This document shows, one piece after another, positions 26,191 to 35,882 of a stretch of DNA of 64,000 bases (position 1 is its first letter; each line of letters starts with the position of its first letter). A model generated the notes under the pieces. It was not told where the DNA came from, made no database searches, and saw only the letters and a list, made by a program, of their open reading frames with translations. Location of the stretch: the IMG/VR virus record IMGVR_UViG_3300024496_000012; one strand, given 5' to 3'. The DNA is from a virus. The translations under genes were made by a program, and so were the position numbers.

Positions 26191-27732
26191 ATGAAAAGAC
26201 AAATACACCTTACACCATTGCAGAAAGATTATGCTGTATATCTACCTGCTATCAGTAGTTTTTACAGCACCTATGTAGCTAAACAACGACTCGAAGAGTT
26301 TGTGCCTAACGACCGTATTCCTAAAGGAATGGATCGAGGTATCGAAGGAATGAACTTTCTTAACGAAGAAGAAGGTTACTTTACCTATACCTATGCGCTG
26401 TATTCTGCAGGACATGCTCAGTTAGATCTCCAGAAAAGCCTTGAGCAAGAATCAATGATACAGCAACGTAATAGAGGTCGTACCGTTATCGTAGGAGATT
26501 CCGGCGGATATCAGATTGGTAAAGGTGTTCTTAAGTTTGATTGGTTGAACTTCGAAGGTGCAGAAGCTAACAAGACTCGTAAAAAGATTCTTGAGTGGTT
26601 AGAACTAACTGCTGACTGGTCTATGATGCTGGACGTTCCGACTTGGGCGTGTGACCACATTCACAGTCCAAAGACTGGGCTAAAGACTTTTGAAGACTGT
26701 CTAGAAAAGACTCGCTTCAATAACAAATATTTCCTTGATAATCGCCTAGGGCAAACTAAATGGCTTAATGTGCTTCAAGGTGGTGACTGGGATACTGCAC
26801 AACAATGGTACGAAGGTGTTAAAGAGTTTAGCGATCCTAATGGCCCCTATGCTGGTAAAGAAGCAGAAGGATGGGCCTTTGGTGGTGCCAACATGTGCAA
26901 GATGGACATTACCCTCAAACGTTTGATGGTGATGCGTGACGAAGGAATGTTAACCGGTAAGAACTGGATCCACTTCCTGGGTACAGCACAGTTAGACTGG
27001 AGTTGTTACCTAACACAGATCCAACGTCAAATCCGTAAGCACATCAATCCAGAACTGACTATTAGCTTTGACTGCGCTAGTCCATTTATTGCTACAGCTC
27101 ACGGCCTTGTTTACACTAATGCACAACATCTTAACAAGCGTTGGTCAGTAATCATGGACAAGGCTCCTGATAATAAGGCACTAGCAGGCAGCGATATTCC
27201 GTTTCCTTTTGAAAGCGAGTTTGGTAGCAGATTAACAATGGGGGATATCTGCTATATGGCTCCCGGTATGCTAAACAAACTTGGCAAAGAAGGTAAGACT
27301 AGTTGGGATAGTTTTGCATATGCTCTAATGATGGGTCATAATGTAGAATGTCATATCAAGGCAGTACAACGTGCTCAACAGTTAATGGATATCGAATGCA
27401 CTAGATTCAAACCAGATTGGCGTAACTGGGGTCTCGAAGGCAAGAAAGAGATCGAGTTAAGCGAATGGGTTCCTAGAAAGATCCTTTATTTCGGCACATT
27501 CATCGAAGAACTGTTTAATACTAAAGATAAAACAGAAGCATTTGATCTTATCAATAATGCCGGTGGATTCTTAAAGAGTCTCGAAGGTGCTCGACTACAA
27601 GGTGGTCCTGCTGATAACGAGTTTAATAACTTGTTTGATTGGGGTGATGCCAAAAAAACTGATCCTGAAAACTTTGATCAACAGGATGATGACGATTTAC
27701 GTGCTTTAGAAACCGAACTTACACAGGAGTAA
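26191..27732 (+). CDS. dpdA: TGT-fold DNA guanine transglycosylase (DpdA-like)
   Basis: GDSGGYQIG, MLDVP, HFLG and SFDCASP match TGT substrate-binding and nucleophile Asp motifs; context of folE and queE. Confidence 0.75.
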   Translation: MKRQIHLTPLQKDYAVYLPAISSFYSTYVAKQRLEEFVPNDRIPKGMDRGIEGMNFLNEEEGYFTYTYALYSAGHAQLDLQKSLEQESMIQQRNRGRTVIVGDSGGYQIGKGVLKFDWLNFEGAEANKTRKKILEWLELTADWSMMLDVPTWACDHIHSPKTGLKTFEDCLEKTRFNNKYFLDNRLGQTKWLNVLQGGDWDTAQQWYEGVKEFSDPNGPYAGKEAEGWAFGGANMCKMDITLKRLMVMRDEGMLTGKNWIHFLGTAQLDWSCYLTQIQRQIRKHINPELTISFDCASPFIATAHGLVYTNAQHLNKRWSVIMDKAPDNKALAGSDIPFPFESEFGSRLTMGDICYMAPGMLNKLGKEGKTSWDSFAYALMMGHNVECHIKAVQRAQQLMDIECTRFKPDWRNWGLEGKKEIELSEWVPRKILYFGTFIEELFNTKDKTEAFDLINNAGGFLKSLEGARLQGGPADNEFNNLFDWGDAKKTDPENFDQQDDDDLRALETELTQE

Positions 27733-27735
27733 CAC

Positions 27736-27927
27736 ATGTATGAACTCAGAATCAAACATCTCGAAGAAACACACAGTATGCTCAACAAAAAGATCGACAA
27801 TTTGGAAAGAACAGGCGTCTTTAACGACCTAGAACTTGAAACTTTGAAGAAACAGAGGTTGCATTTAAAGGATGAAATCTCTATAATGAAAGATAAGCAA
27901 AAACGTTATCAGGAAGATAATGACTGA
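27736..27927 (+). CDS. Small coiled-coil protein (DUF465/YdcH-like)
   Basis: HLEETH...LKKQRLHLKDEI. Confidence 0.6.
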   Translation: MYELRIKHLEETHSMLNKKIDNLERTGVFNDLELETLKKQRLHLKDEISIMKDKQKRYQEDND

Positions 27928-28075
27928 CAAATGCACAACCTGCGGTAAAACATACAGCATAACTTGTGATTGGAATCAAGGACGCTGTCCAAACCATCCA
28001 CCTTATTTCAATCCACATTCATTGCGATTCTATAATCTTCTAAAATCAATCAAAAATCTCTTTAAGAAAGACTAA
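27920..28075 (+). CDS. Small Cys/His zinc-finger-like protein, 51 aa (not in ORF track)
   Basis: MTDKCTTCGKTYSITCDWNQGRCPNH...; AGGA SD. Confidence 0.6.
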   Translation: MTDKCTTCGKTYSITCDWNQGRCPNHPPYFNPHSLRFYNLLKSIKNLFKKD

Positions 28076-28076
28076 A

Positions 28077-28631
28077 ATGGATCAAGTATATCTGATCAAA
28101 CCACTCGAAAAGAAAAGCATTGTCTATCACGTCGAGATGTTTCGTGAAAACTCAGATGGAACTATAAGCTGGTTCAATATGGACGAAACTTTCCGTTGGG
28201 GGCAAGGATTCGTCGAGGGAGACATGGACGTCAATCTTCCCCGATCTGATGATCCGGTTGCATATGCCAAAACACAACCAGGATGGGGCTGCGAGTTCGA
28301 TGACAGTATCAGCATAGATTTTGAGTTCAGCGAAGATATCACCGTTGAAGAACAAGAAGCTATCCGAGAAGAATACTATAACGGTGGTGCTGGATGGTTG
28401 TTTGATGGTGAACACGATTGGCAAGAAGAAGATAGTGCCGTCCATATTTACGCACCGTTTGAAGTTACCCTCTGCAGCGAAAATGGTGATTTTATTCGAG
28501 AAGTGGTCTTGCGTTCTAGAGAAGAAATCAATAAAATATACGAAGAACAGAAAGTTTTTGCGTCAGCTGACTCAGGACTTCCTATTCAAACCGAAAATCA
28601 ACTAGCCAGAGAAAACGGATTCGAACTATGA
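28077..28631 (+). CDS. Acidic hypothetical protein
   Basis: Coupled ORF, very D/E-rich. Confidence 0.7.
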   Translation: MDQVYLIKPLEKKSIVYHVEMFRENSDGTISWFNMDETFRWGQGFVEGDMDVNLPRSDDPVAYAKTQPGWGCEFDDSISIDFEFSEDITVEEQEAIREEYYNGGAGWLFDGEHDWQEEDSAVHIYAPFEVTLCSENGDFIREVVLRSREEINKIYEEQKVFASADSGLPIQTENQLARENGFEL

Positions 28632-29179
28632 AGCGCGATTACTCAACAGGTATCACTGACACCGCCTCCTTCTTTGTAGGTGTAGAAGTAGAACATACTC
28701 CTGCATATAAAATGAAGACTCTGTTTGTAGTAGGAGTTCAAGATCCAGCGATTATTTTGCACATCGCTAACGACACACAACCCCTTCTCGACGAGTCTAG
28801 GCGCATTAAACATATCTATTTCGGTGCTAACCAGAGTTTTCCTAAGTTAGCTGTCAACGATGCTGACGGTTGGGGTGAATGGGAATACATGATCGAAGAA
28901 TGCCTCGATGCAGGTTACTGGTGTACCTTAGACTTAGACGTTGCTCAGGTCGAAGGTCTATTAGAAAGCGGCCTTGTTGAGAATAGAAAGTTTATTCCTC
29001 AGATCAGTGTAAAGATTCCCTATCTCTCACAGCTAGGATATAATGCTACACTAAAGATTGACGACAAGGATTTTGATGCAACTAATCATGGGGTTTGGTG
29101 CCATAACCTGCATGACCTACTCGGAAGAGATCGCTTCACAAGTTGGGATCAATATGGCAAAGACGAAATAATCAAATGA
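28628..29179 (+). CDS. Hypothetical protein within the deazaguanine cluster
   Basis: GVEVEHTPAY...LFVVG, HIYFGANQSF; function unknown. Confidence 0.7.
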   Translation: MKRDYSTGITDTASFFVGVEVEHTPAYKMKTLFVVGVQDPAIILHIANDTQPLLDESRRIKHIYFGANQSFPKLAVNDADGWGEWEYMIEECLDAGYWCTLDLDVAQVEGLLESGLVENRKFIPQISVKIPYLSQLGYNATLKIDDKDFDATNHGVWCHNLHDLLGRDRFTSWDQYGKDEIIK

Positions 29180-29511
29180 ATATTTTTGATAAATGGTTGT
29201 ACGGCAAAGTCCGTGACATGTGGGAAAATAAGGATAGGTACGAAGAAGCTGTCAACTATAAAGAATCAAGGAACATAAAAATGGGCACTGGTATGATTGG
29301 CGCACAAGCGATGGTAGAAGTTGGCAGGTCTGTCGATGCAAACGGATTTAACTTAAAAGTCTACAAAGCAAACGGCGGAACGATTATCGAAACACGAAAG
29401 TATGATAATAAGCGTGATACGAGTAGCAACGGGCTTTACATTGTTACCGATGATAAAGACCTTGGGGAAGAAATAGGTAAGATCATTACTATGGAAGGAC
29501 TTAAAGCATGA
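29176..29511 (+). CDS. Hypothetical protein
   Basis: ATGA overlap at 29176. Confidence 0.65.
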   Translation: MNIFDKWLYGKVRDMWENKDRYEEAVNYKESRNIKMGTGMIGAQAMVEVGRSVDANGFNLKVYKANGGTIIETRKYDNKRDTSSNGLYIVTDDKDLGEEIGKIITMEGLKA

Positions 29512-29720
29512 GAGTAACTAAAGAGTTTATAGTAAAAGAAAACGAAGGTTTTCGAGTTCGTGTAAAAGCTGTGCCTTGTCTTTCTCCTAAAGAACTAATC
29601 GCACTAGATTTTATCCAAGAAAGCCTAAATAAAGGCAAGGTAGTAGATTCTAGCACTTATAACTTCTTTATGACCAAAGAAGAAATCAACGATCTAGTAG
29701 AAGGACTACAACAGATATGA
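29508..29720 (+). CDS. Hypothetical protein
   Basis: Coupled ORF. Confidence 0.6.
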   Translation: MRVTKEFIVKENEGFRVRVKAVPCLSPKELIALDFIQESLNKGKVVDSSTYNFFMTKEEINDLVEGLQQI

Positions 29721-30112
29721 TTATCCGACAGGACATTCGTCCTAACAAAATGATCTGGGTCACTTTCCGTAAAGAAGGTATTCACTGCTTTCCGGCGGCG
29801 GCCACAGATCCTAACCTAGCTACAGGAGATGAATACGATGTATCGTTTCTTGCCACTCCTCATCGCCATATCTTTCACTTCAGGGTGTGGATCAGTGTGC
29901 AGCACAATGACAGGGACATCGAGTTCATCCAGTTCAAACGATGGCTCGAGTCGTTGTATAATGGTCAAGATTCCGTTTTGAAGCTTGACTACAAGAGTTG
30001 CGAAATGATGTCAGATGATTTATATGACATGATTTCACAAAAGTATCCAAATCGTGAGATTTGGATTGAGGTCTCCGAAGACGGAGAAAATGGTTCATTC
30101 ATCAAATACTAA
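29717..30112 (+). CDS. QueD-like T-fold protein, variant motif LxxxHRHxF (DpdL-like candidate)
   Basis: EGIH, LATPHRHIF, DIEF and SCE motifs parallel QueD metal ligands; lacks the QueD CxxxHGH Cys. Confidence 0.6.
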   Translation: MIIRQDIRPNKMIWVTFRKEGIHCFPAAATDPNLATGDEYDVSFLATPHRHIFHFRVWISVQHNDRDIEFIQFKRWLESLYNGQDSVLKLDYKSCEMMSDDLYDMISQKYPNREIWIEVSEDGENGSFIKY

Positions 30113-30118
30113 GGAACA

Positions 30119-30376
30119 ATGATGAGTAAAAACTACAAGGATTTCAAATATTTTGAAAGACGTCCTGACATCGTCAAAATCTTTGACGATCTAGATGCGT
30201 ACCTCGACTTCTGCAGGTTTGAGTTACGTGAGTTCAATCCCGCAGATCTTTACAAGAAAGATTCTGCAAACTATCAGGCTTATCTAGCAAGTAAGCGTCC
30301 ACGTAGACCTTGGGTCGATCGTGGTGAACGTTCTCATAATGGTCAAAGACCACATTACAACCGCAGGGGCAACTAA
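30119..30376 (+). CDS. Hypothetical protein with basic C-terminus
   Basis: TAAGGA SD. Confidence 0.65.
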   Translation: MMSKNYKDFKYFERRPDIVKIFDDLDAYLDFCRFELREFNPADLYKKDSANYQAYLASKRPRRPWVDRGERSHNGQRPHYNRRGN

Positions 30377-31473
30377 TGGCAAGGGTTTTCCTAGTAGATT
30401 TGGAATCAGTTGAAACTCGTTACACTTGCGAATGGAAAACCCATTTCCCTGCACTTCTCAAAAAGGAGGGGCATGATGTTCAAGTTATCGATGGCCCTAC
30501 GGATATTCCTGCGGCCACTACTCCTGGTGCTTTTCTTAATTTTGGTGGCACCAATATATACAAGTCTAGTCAAGTTGAGAAAATTGGCAGACTATTTTGC
30601 TCCGGATCAGTGGGCCCTGGTGATCATTTTATTTTTGCAGATGCTTGGCATCCTGGGATCATTAACCTCAAATACATGAGCGAACTTCTTGGCATTCCTG
30701 TCAAGATTCATGCTCTATGGCATGCTGGCAGTTATGATCCTCAAGACTTCTTAGGACGCCTTATTGGTAATGCTCCTTGGGTTAGAAACGCTGAGAAGAG
30801 TTTCTATCATTCAATCGATTATAACTACTTTGCCACAGAGTTCCATGTAAGACTGTTCTTCGATGAACTCTTACATGGAGGAATCCCTAGCGAGAATCCT
30901 TGGTACTACGAAGACTGGGAAGAGCGTTACGATAGCGGTAAAATCGTTCGCTCTGGATGGCCCATGGAATATATGAAAGATACTTTGGTCATGTATAAGA
31001 ATATGCCAAAGCGCGATCTTATCTTATTTCCACATCGTATCGCTCCGGAGAAACAGATAGAGATATTTCAAGATCTAAAAGAACATCTTCCTCAATACGA
31101 GTTTGTAGTCTGTCAAGAACAACAGCTCACTAAAAGAGAATATCATAACATGCTCGGAGAGGCCAAACTAGTGTTTAGTGCAAACCTGCAAGAAACATTG
31201 GGTATTAGTTGGTACGAAGGTGCTATCGTAGATGCTATTCCTATGGTTCCAGATCGTTTAAGCTACAGCGAAATGGCAATGGAAGATTTCAAATATCCTA
31301 GTGAATGGACTGAGTCGTTTGATGCCTATACCAAGCATAGAAACGCAGTCGTAGACAGAGTCCAACACTACATGGAAAATTATAAATCTTACCTCCCCCG
31401 CCTAAATAAACAGGTAGATCGATTAACAGAAAACTTTTTTAGTTGCAATAAGTTACTAGAGAAGTTAAAATAA
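30376..31473 (+). CDS. GT-B (GT4-like) glycosyltransferase
   Basis: HRIAPEKQ, EX7E motif ETLGISWYE. Confidence 0.75.
   Translation: MARVFLVDLESVETRYTCEWKTHFPALLKKEGHDVQVIDGPTDIPAATTPGAFLNFGGTNIYKSSQVEKIGRLFCSGSVGPGDHFIFADAWHPGIINLKYMSELLGIPVKIHALWHAGSYDPQDFLGRLIGNAPWVRNAEKSFYHSIDYNYFATEFHVRLFFDELLHGGIPSENPWYYEDWEERYDSGKIVRSGWPMEYMKDTLVMYKNMPKRDLILFPHRIAPEKQIEIFQDLKEHLPQYEFVVCQEQQLTKREYHNMLGEAKLVFSANLQETLGISWYEGAIVDAIPMVPDRLSYSEMAMEDFKYPSEWTESFDAYTKHRNAVVDRVQHYMENYKSYLPRLNKQVDRLTENFFSCNKLLEKLK
31443..31471 (+). promoter_or_regulatory. Sigma70-type promoter upstream of folE
   Basis: TTGCAA-17 nt-TAAAAT. Confidence 0.55.
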
Positions 31474-31516
31474 TATACATTATGTCATCCACGACATTAA
31501 CTCGGAGAAAATCAAC

Positions 31517-32260
31517 TTGGAAAATAAAGAAACAGCATTAGACGTCATGTTCGGCGACGGCGGATATGAAGAAGCTTATCTTGGCGATCATATTCGCTTT
31601 AAGATGAAGCGTGAAGGCAAACGCTTTTGGGCCGGTGACAACATCAGCGACTACTTACACGAAGGCGATAAAGAACAACTAATCGACGAAGCGACAGAAG
31701 CATTTGAACTAGTGCTTGACCGTTTACTGATCGATCGTGAAAGCGATCCTAACAGCAAGGGCACCGCTCGCCGACTAGCTAAAATGTATTTTAACGAAAT
31801 AATGGCAGGAAGATATGACCCAGCACCAGACGCAACAGCTTTCCCAAATGACACGCAGGATCGTTACGAAGGTATGCTGGTTGTTCGCAGTGAGCTTCGC
31901 AGTATGTGTAGCCATCATCACCAACCTGTGGTTGGTGTTGCTTATATTGGTCTTATTGCTGCCGAGAAGCTCATTGGACTCTCAAAGTACACCCGCATCG
32001 CCCAGTGGTGTGCCCGACGTGGAACTCTCCAGGAGGAACTTGCTAATGACATTGCTAGGGAAATCCAGAAAGCAACCGGAGCCAAAGACCTAGGAGTTTA
32101 CATCCAGGCTACACATGGTTGCTGTGAGAATCGTGGCATCATGGCACACTCTAGTCTTACACAGACTACTGTCTTAAAGGGCGCCTTTAAAGATGATGCT
32201 GGAACGAAGAAAGAATTCTTTGACAACATCAAAATGCAACAGGAGTTTGCACCTCGATGA
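31517..32260 (+). CDS. folE: GTP cyclohydrolase I
   Basis: [30 protein letters not shown]; TTG start with GGAG SD. Confidence 0.95.
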   Translation: MENKETALDVMFGDGGYEEAYLGDHIRFKMKREGKRFWAGDNISDYLHEGDKEQLIDEATEAFELVLDRLLIDRESDPNSKGTARRLAKMYFNEIMAGRYDPAPDATAFPNDTQDRYEGMLVVRSELRSMCSHHHQPVVGVAYIGLIAAEKLIGLSKYTRIAQWCARRGTLQEELANDIAREIQKATGAKDLGVYIQATHGCCENRGIMAHSSLTQTTVLKGAFKDDAGTKKEFFDNIKMQQEFAPR

Positions 32261-33276
32261 GAATCGAAGACGAAATCAAACTTGACTTCAAAGATGTTCT
32301 TATAAGGCCTAAAAGATCTACACTTTCTAGCAGAAAAGAAGTAGACCTGAATAGAACTTATAAGTTCAAATACAGCGGATGGGAATGGTCAGGTATTCCC
32401 ATTATGGCATCAAACATGGATGGTGTCGGAACTATGGAAATGGCCGATGCACTATACTCTCAGAGAATGTTTACGTGCCTTGTAAAATCTTATACCGAAG
32501 ATCAGTTTGAAGATCTTGTTGCTAATGTCGGCGGAAACTATTTTGCAGTTAGCACAGGAACTAGTGATGCTGATTTTCAAAGACTTACTAGGATTATAAA
32601 CAGCTATCCAGAAATTCATTTTATCTGTGTAGATGTTGCTAACGGGTATAGTGAACACTTTGGTGATTTTATTTCTAAAGTCCGTAAGACATTTCCTAAA
32701 TGCACGATCATTGCCGGTAATGTTGTAACCGCAGACATGACACAGGAGTTAGTTTTACGTGGAGCAGATATTATTAAAGTGGGCATCGGTCCTGGGAGCG
32801 TTTGCACTACTCGTGTACAAACTGGCGTTGGTTATCCTCAGCTTAGTGCTATTATGGAGTGCGCTGATGCTGCTCATGGTCTTGGCGCTCATATCATCGC
32901 AGACGGCGGTTGTACCTGTCCAGGTGACGTGGCAAAAGCCTTTGGCGCTGGTGCTGACTTCGTTATGCTAGGCGGTATGCTAGCAGGACACGATGAAGGC
33001 GGAGGCCATATCGATAATGATAAGGTTATATTTTACGGAATGAGTTCAGAGACTGCTATGAATAAGCATAGCGGCGGTGTTGCAGAATATCGAAGCTCAG
33101 AAGGTCGTACTGTAGAAATCCCCTATCGTGGTCCTGTACAGAAAACTGTACAAGATATACTAGGCGGCTTGCGTAGCACCTGCACGTATGTTGGTGCTCC
33201 TAGTCTTAAGCAGTTGAGTAAGTGTACCACATTTATCCGTGTCAACAGACAGATCAACGATGTGTTCTTAAAATGA
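32257..33276 (+). CDS. guaC: GMP reductase
   Basis: [51 protein letters not shown]. Confidence 0.93.
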   Translation: MRIEDEIKLDFKDVLIRPKRSTLSSRKEVDLNRTYKFKYSGWEWSGIPIMASNMDGVGTMEMADALYSQRMFTCLVKSYTEDQFEDLVANVGGNYFAVSTGTSDADFQRLTRIINSYPEIHFICVDVANGYSEHFGDFISKVRKTFPKCTIIAGNVVTADMTQELVLRGADIIKVGIGPGSVCTTRVQTGVGYPQLSAIMECADAAHGLGAHIIADGGCTCPGDVAKAFGAGADFVMLGGMLAGHDEGGGHIDNDKVIFYGMSSETAMNKHSGGVAEYRSSEGRTVEIPYRGPVQKTVQDILGGLRSTCTYVGAPSLKQLSKCTTFIRVNRQINDVFLK

Positions 33277-33707
33277 TACAACCACTTAAAGATGAACTAA
33301 TGGTTCAACAACAGTTGCCTGCAAAGAACAAAAGAAATCGAGCTTGGCAACATATGGTCGGTGTGATCATGCTGAACCAAACTGGACGCAAACCAGTAAA
33401 ATATGTACTGCCGTTATTCTTACAAAAATGGCCTACTCCCAAAAAGTTCTTATGGGCTCCGATAGACGAAGTCAAGGAGGTTATTTGGCCATTAGGAATG
33501 TACAATATTCGTTTCCAAAGACTCAAACTTATGACTGCTGATTTCTTGACTTGGGACGGAAATGATGCTACAATGTTATATGGAATAGGAAAATATGGTA
33601 GCGATAGTTATGAAATCTTTTTTAAGAAAAACTATACCGTACAACCTAAAGACAAAGAGTTGATTAGATATCTAAAGGAAGAAGTGAATGTTCCTGAAAC
33701 TGCTTGA
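33273..33707 (+). CDS. HhH-GPD DNA glycosylase, MBD4-like minimal domain
   Basis: [40 protein letters not shown]. Confidence 0.8.
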   Translation: MIQPLKDELMVQQQLPAKNKRNRAWQHMVGVIMLNQTGRKPVKYVLPLFLQKWPTPKKFLWAPIDEVKEVIWPLGMYNIRFQRLKLMTADFLTWDGNDATMLYGIGKYGSDSYEIFFKKNYTVQPKDKELIRYLKEEVNVPETA

Positions 33708-34158
33708 TAAGCTAGGAAGAAAACGCATCATTTATGATCGCGTACACAACGAACCGTATCTCGAACGATACTATCTTTTCTTAAAAGATAGAGATCGTTT
33801 TCCCTTTAATGTATTCTTGCACAAGTTCTTGAAAGGTGATCCAGACGATGTGCATGATCACCCATGGCCTTATGCTACGCTAATCTTGAAAGGTGGCTAC
33901 TATGAATGGGTACCTGAGTTTGATAGTAACGGTACTATGTTGGGTCAGCGCCGTCATTGGCGTGGCCCTGGTCACTTTAGGATCTGTAGTCCTAATTCTT
34001 ATCATAGGATCGAACTGAAAGAAGGTGTTACTGCCTGGACATTGTTTATGCCAGGACCTCATAAGCGTGAATGGGGATTCTTAGTTAAGAACAAATGGAT
34101 TCAACACGAACAATATCTTAAGGAGAGATATGAACAAGCTCATAATCGACCAGCATAA
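33688..34158 (+). CDS. Cupin-like protein
   Basis: HDHPW...GGYYE...YHRI. Confidence 0.6.
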   Translation: MFLKLLDKLGRKRIIYDRVHNEPYLERYYLFLKDRDRFPFNVFLHKFLKGDPDDVHDHPWPYATLILKGGYYEWVPEFDSNGTMLGQRRHWRGPGHFRICSPNSYHRIELKEGVTAWTLFMPGPHKREWGFLVKNKWIQHEQYLKERYEQAHNRPA

Positions 34159-34642
34159 CATGACTGGTCTAGTCAGCAAAATCGGTAGGAATATTGCTAC
34201 CGGAGGTTGGCGTCCTGATTATATCGTAGGGCTCACTAGAGGTGGGCTTGTTCCCGCTGTTATGCTCAGTCATTATCTTAATGTACCGTTGAATACATTG
34301 AATGTAAGTCTTAGAGACGGTGGCGAATGCGATAGTAATCTATGGATGGCTGAAGATGCATTTGGGCACAATCAAGAGTTTCCTAAAAACATACTCATCG
34401 TAGATGATATTAATGACACTGGTGCTACCTTTAACTGGATCATGGAAGACTGGCCTAGTGGATGTTTTCCTAATGACGATCACTGGAACTATGTGTGGAA
34501 TAAGAATGTTAAGTTTGCTGTTCTAGTAGATAATCTAGCCAGCAAGTGTAATGTAAAAATGGACTACGTTGGCATGGAAATCAACAAAGCCGAAGATGAT
34601 GTCTGGGTTGATTTCCCCTGGGAAGATTGGTGGTCAAAATGA
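34130..34642 (+). CDS. Type I phosphoribosyltransferase (xanthine/guanine PRT-like)
   Basis: GLTRGGLVPA, PRPP motif ILIVDDINDTGAT, WVDFPWE. Confidence 0.88.
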   Translation: MNKLIIDQHNMTGLVSKIGRNIATGGWRPDYIVGLTRGGLVPAVMLSHYLNVPLNTLNVSLRDGGECDSNLWMAEDAFGHNQEFPKNILIVDDINDTGATFNWIMEDWPSGCFPNDDHWNYVWNKNVKFAVLVDNLASKCNVKMDYVGMEINKAEDDVWVDFPWEDWWSK

Positions 34643-34866
34643 TCGATTCTAAAATAAAAATACATTGTACAGACAACGGAAAAGACTTCGAAGGTCATGT
34701 ACTGAACTATAAACCTAAGGCTATTTTAGAAGTAGCGGTGCAAACACTAAAGATCCGCATGGCCTATCAAGATAGGACCAAGGTGTTTGTTGGTAGTGTC
34801 GGGGGACGAGAGTTCACTATCAAAGAAGATGCGTTGCCTCAGGAAAGGAGGGAGTTTACTCGATGA
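34639..34866 (+). CDS. Hypothetical protein
   Basis: ATGA overlap. Confidence 0.6.
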   Translation: MIDSKIKIHCTDNGKDFEGHVLNYKPKAILEVAVQTLKIRMAYQDRTKVFVGSVGGREFTIKEDALPQERREFTR

Positions 34867-35261
34867 AAGAATATAAAGAAGAACTGATGAAAGGTCAGCC
34901 GATGTTTATAGAAGAAAGCACGGCACCTTGGGATAATCTCTTAGAAGAAGATTTCCATATAAAAGTTTTCTATGACAAATATCCAGTGACTGAAGGTCAT
35001 TTGTTATTCGTGCCTAAATACAACACCATACATGTGCTTATGGATGCGTTTGAAAGTGCCGTAGCCGATGGTATGCGTATGATCGAAAGAGGCGAGTGCG
35101 ATGGGTTCAATGTTGGATTTAACTACGGCAAGTCTGCAGGCCAAACTGTTGGCTGGCCACATGTACATCTTATTCCAAGACGTACAGGAGATATGGATGA
35201 CCCCACCGGAGGTGTGAGACATGTCATTCCAGAAAAAGGTAACTACAAAAAGGAAAAATAA
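34863..35261 (+). CDS. HIT family nucleotide hydrolase
   Basis: YPVTEGHLLFVP, GFNVG, AGQTVGWPHVHLIPRR. Confidence 0.9.
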   Translation: MKEYKEELMKGQPMFIEESTAPWDNLLEEDFHIKVFYDKYPVTEGHLLFVPKYNTIHVLMDAFESAVADGMRMIERGECDGFNVGFNYGKSAGQTVGWPHVHLIPRRTGDMDDPTGGVRHVIPEKGNYKKEK

Positions 35262-35461
35262 TGCAGATAAGAGCAACAGAAGGTGATGATGTTTTTGGAA
35301 AGTGTGGCTGCGGCCGTTCTCCCACTGGTGTGTGTGTTGGTTGGCATTCACTTACTGAGACGCAACTAGCAGAAGCACGTAGAAAGTGGGAACTATCTGA
35401 ATATTCTAAGCAGGCCCAAGAACTGTGGTCAGATAGTTGCACAACTCCACGGTCAAAATGA
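35261..35461 (+). CDS. Small CDGSH-like Cys/His metal-binding protein
   Basis: CGCGRSPTGVCVGWH. Confidence 0.55.
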   Translation: MQIRATEGDDVFGKCGCGRSPTGVCVGWHSLTETQLAEARRKWELSEYSKQAQELWSDSCTTPRSK

Positions 35462-35652
35462 ATCTAATAACTGTTCCGTGGAAAAACCAGAGTAACACAT
35501 GGTGGAATGAAACATGTGCTCAAATCATTTTACATTTTGGATTGCCTGGTGATAAGTATACCACAGAAGTCGGTGCAGACGAGATGAAGTTCTTTTTTAA
35601 AGATGAAAAAGAAGCTCTCATGTGTAGGATTCTTATAAGCGATCAGATATGA
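35458..35652 (+). CDS. Hypothetical protein
   Basis: ATGA overlap at 35458. Confidence 0.6.
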   Translation: MNLITVPWKNQSNTWWNETCAQIILHFGLPGDKYTTEVGADEMKFFFKDEKEALMCRILISDQI

Positions 35653-35882
35653 AACAGATAGCCAAGCTGGGTTTTCTAGTAGTATGTATATTCATACTTT
35701 TGGGAATATATGTCATTAATGCTCCTCGAGGAAGAGTTTATGACTGCGGCATGGCTGAATGGCATCCTGATATTCCGCCTTCTGTTAAAGAAGAATGCCG
35801 CAGACTTCACTACGAGTATTGGAAAGAGCAACAAGAAAAAAGAGAACAAGAACAATCTGGACGTAAGTTGATACGGACATGA
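35649..35882 (+). CDS. Small membrane-anchored protein
   Basis: N-terminal TM helix; YDC...HPD...EECR. Confidence 0.6.
   Translation: MKQIAKLGFLVVCIFILLGIYVINAPRGRVYDCGMAEWHPDIPPSVKEECRRLHYEYWKEQQEKREQEQSGRKLIRT

Noticed and set aside
28628-29179. Assignment as DpdM methyltransferase
   Set aside because: Context is compatible, but I cannot recall a diagnostic motif; left hypothetical pending an HMM search.
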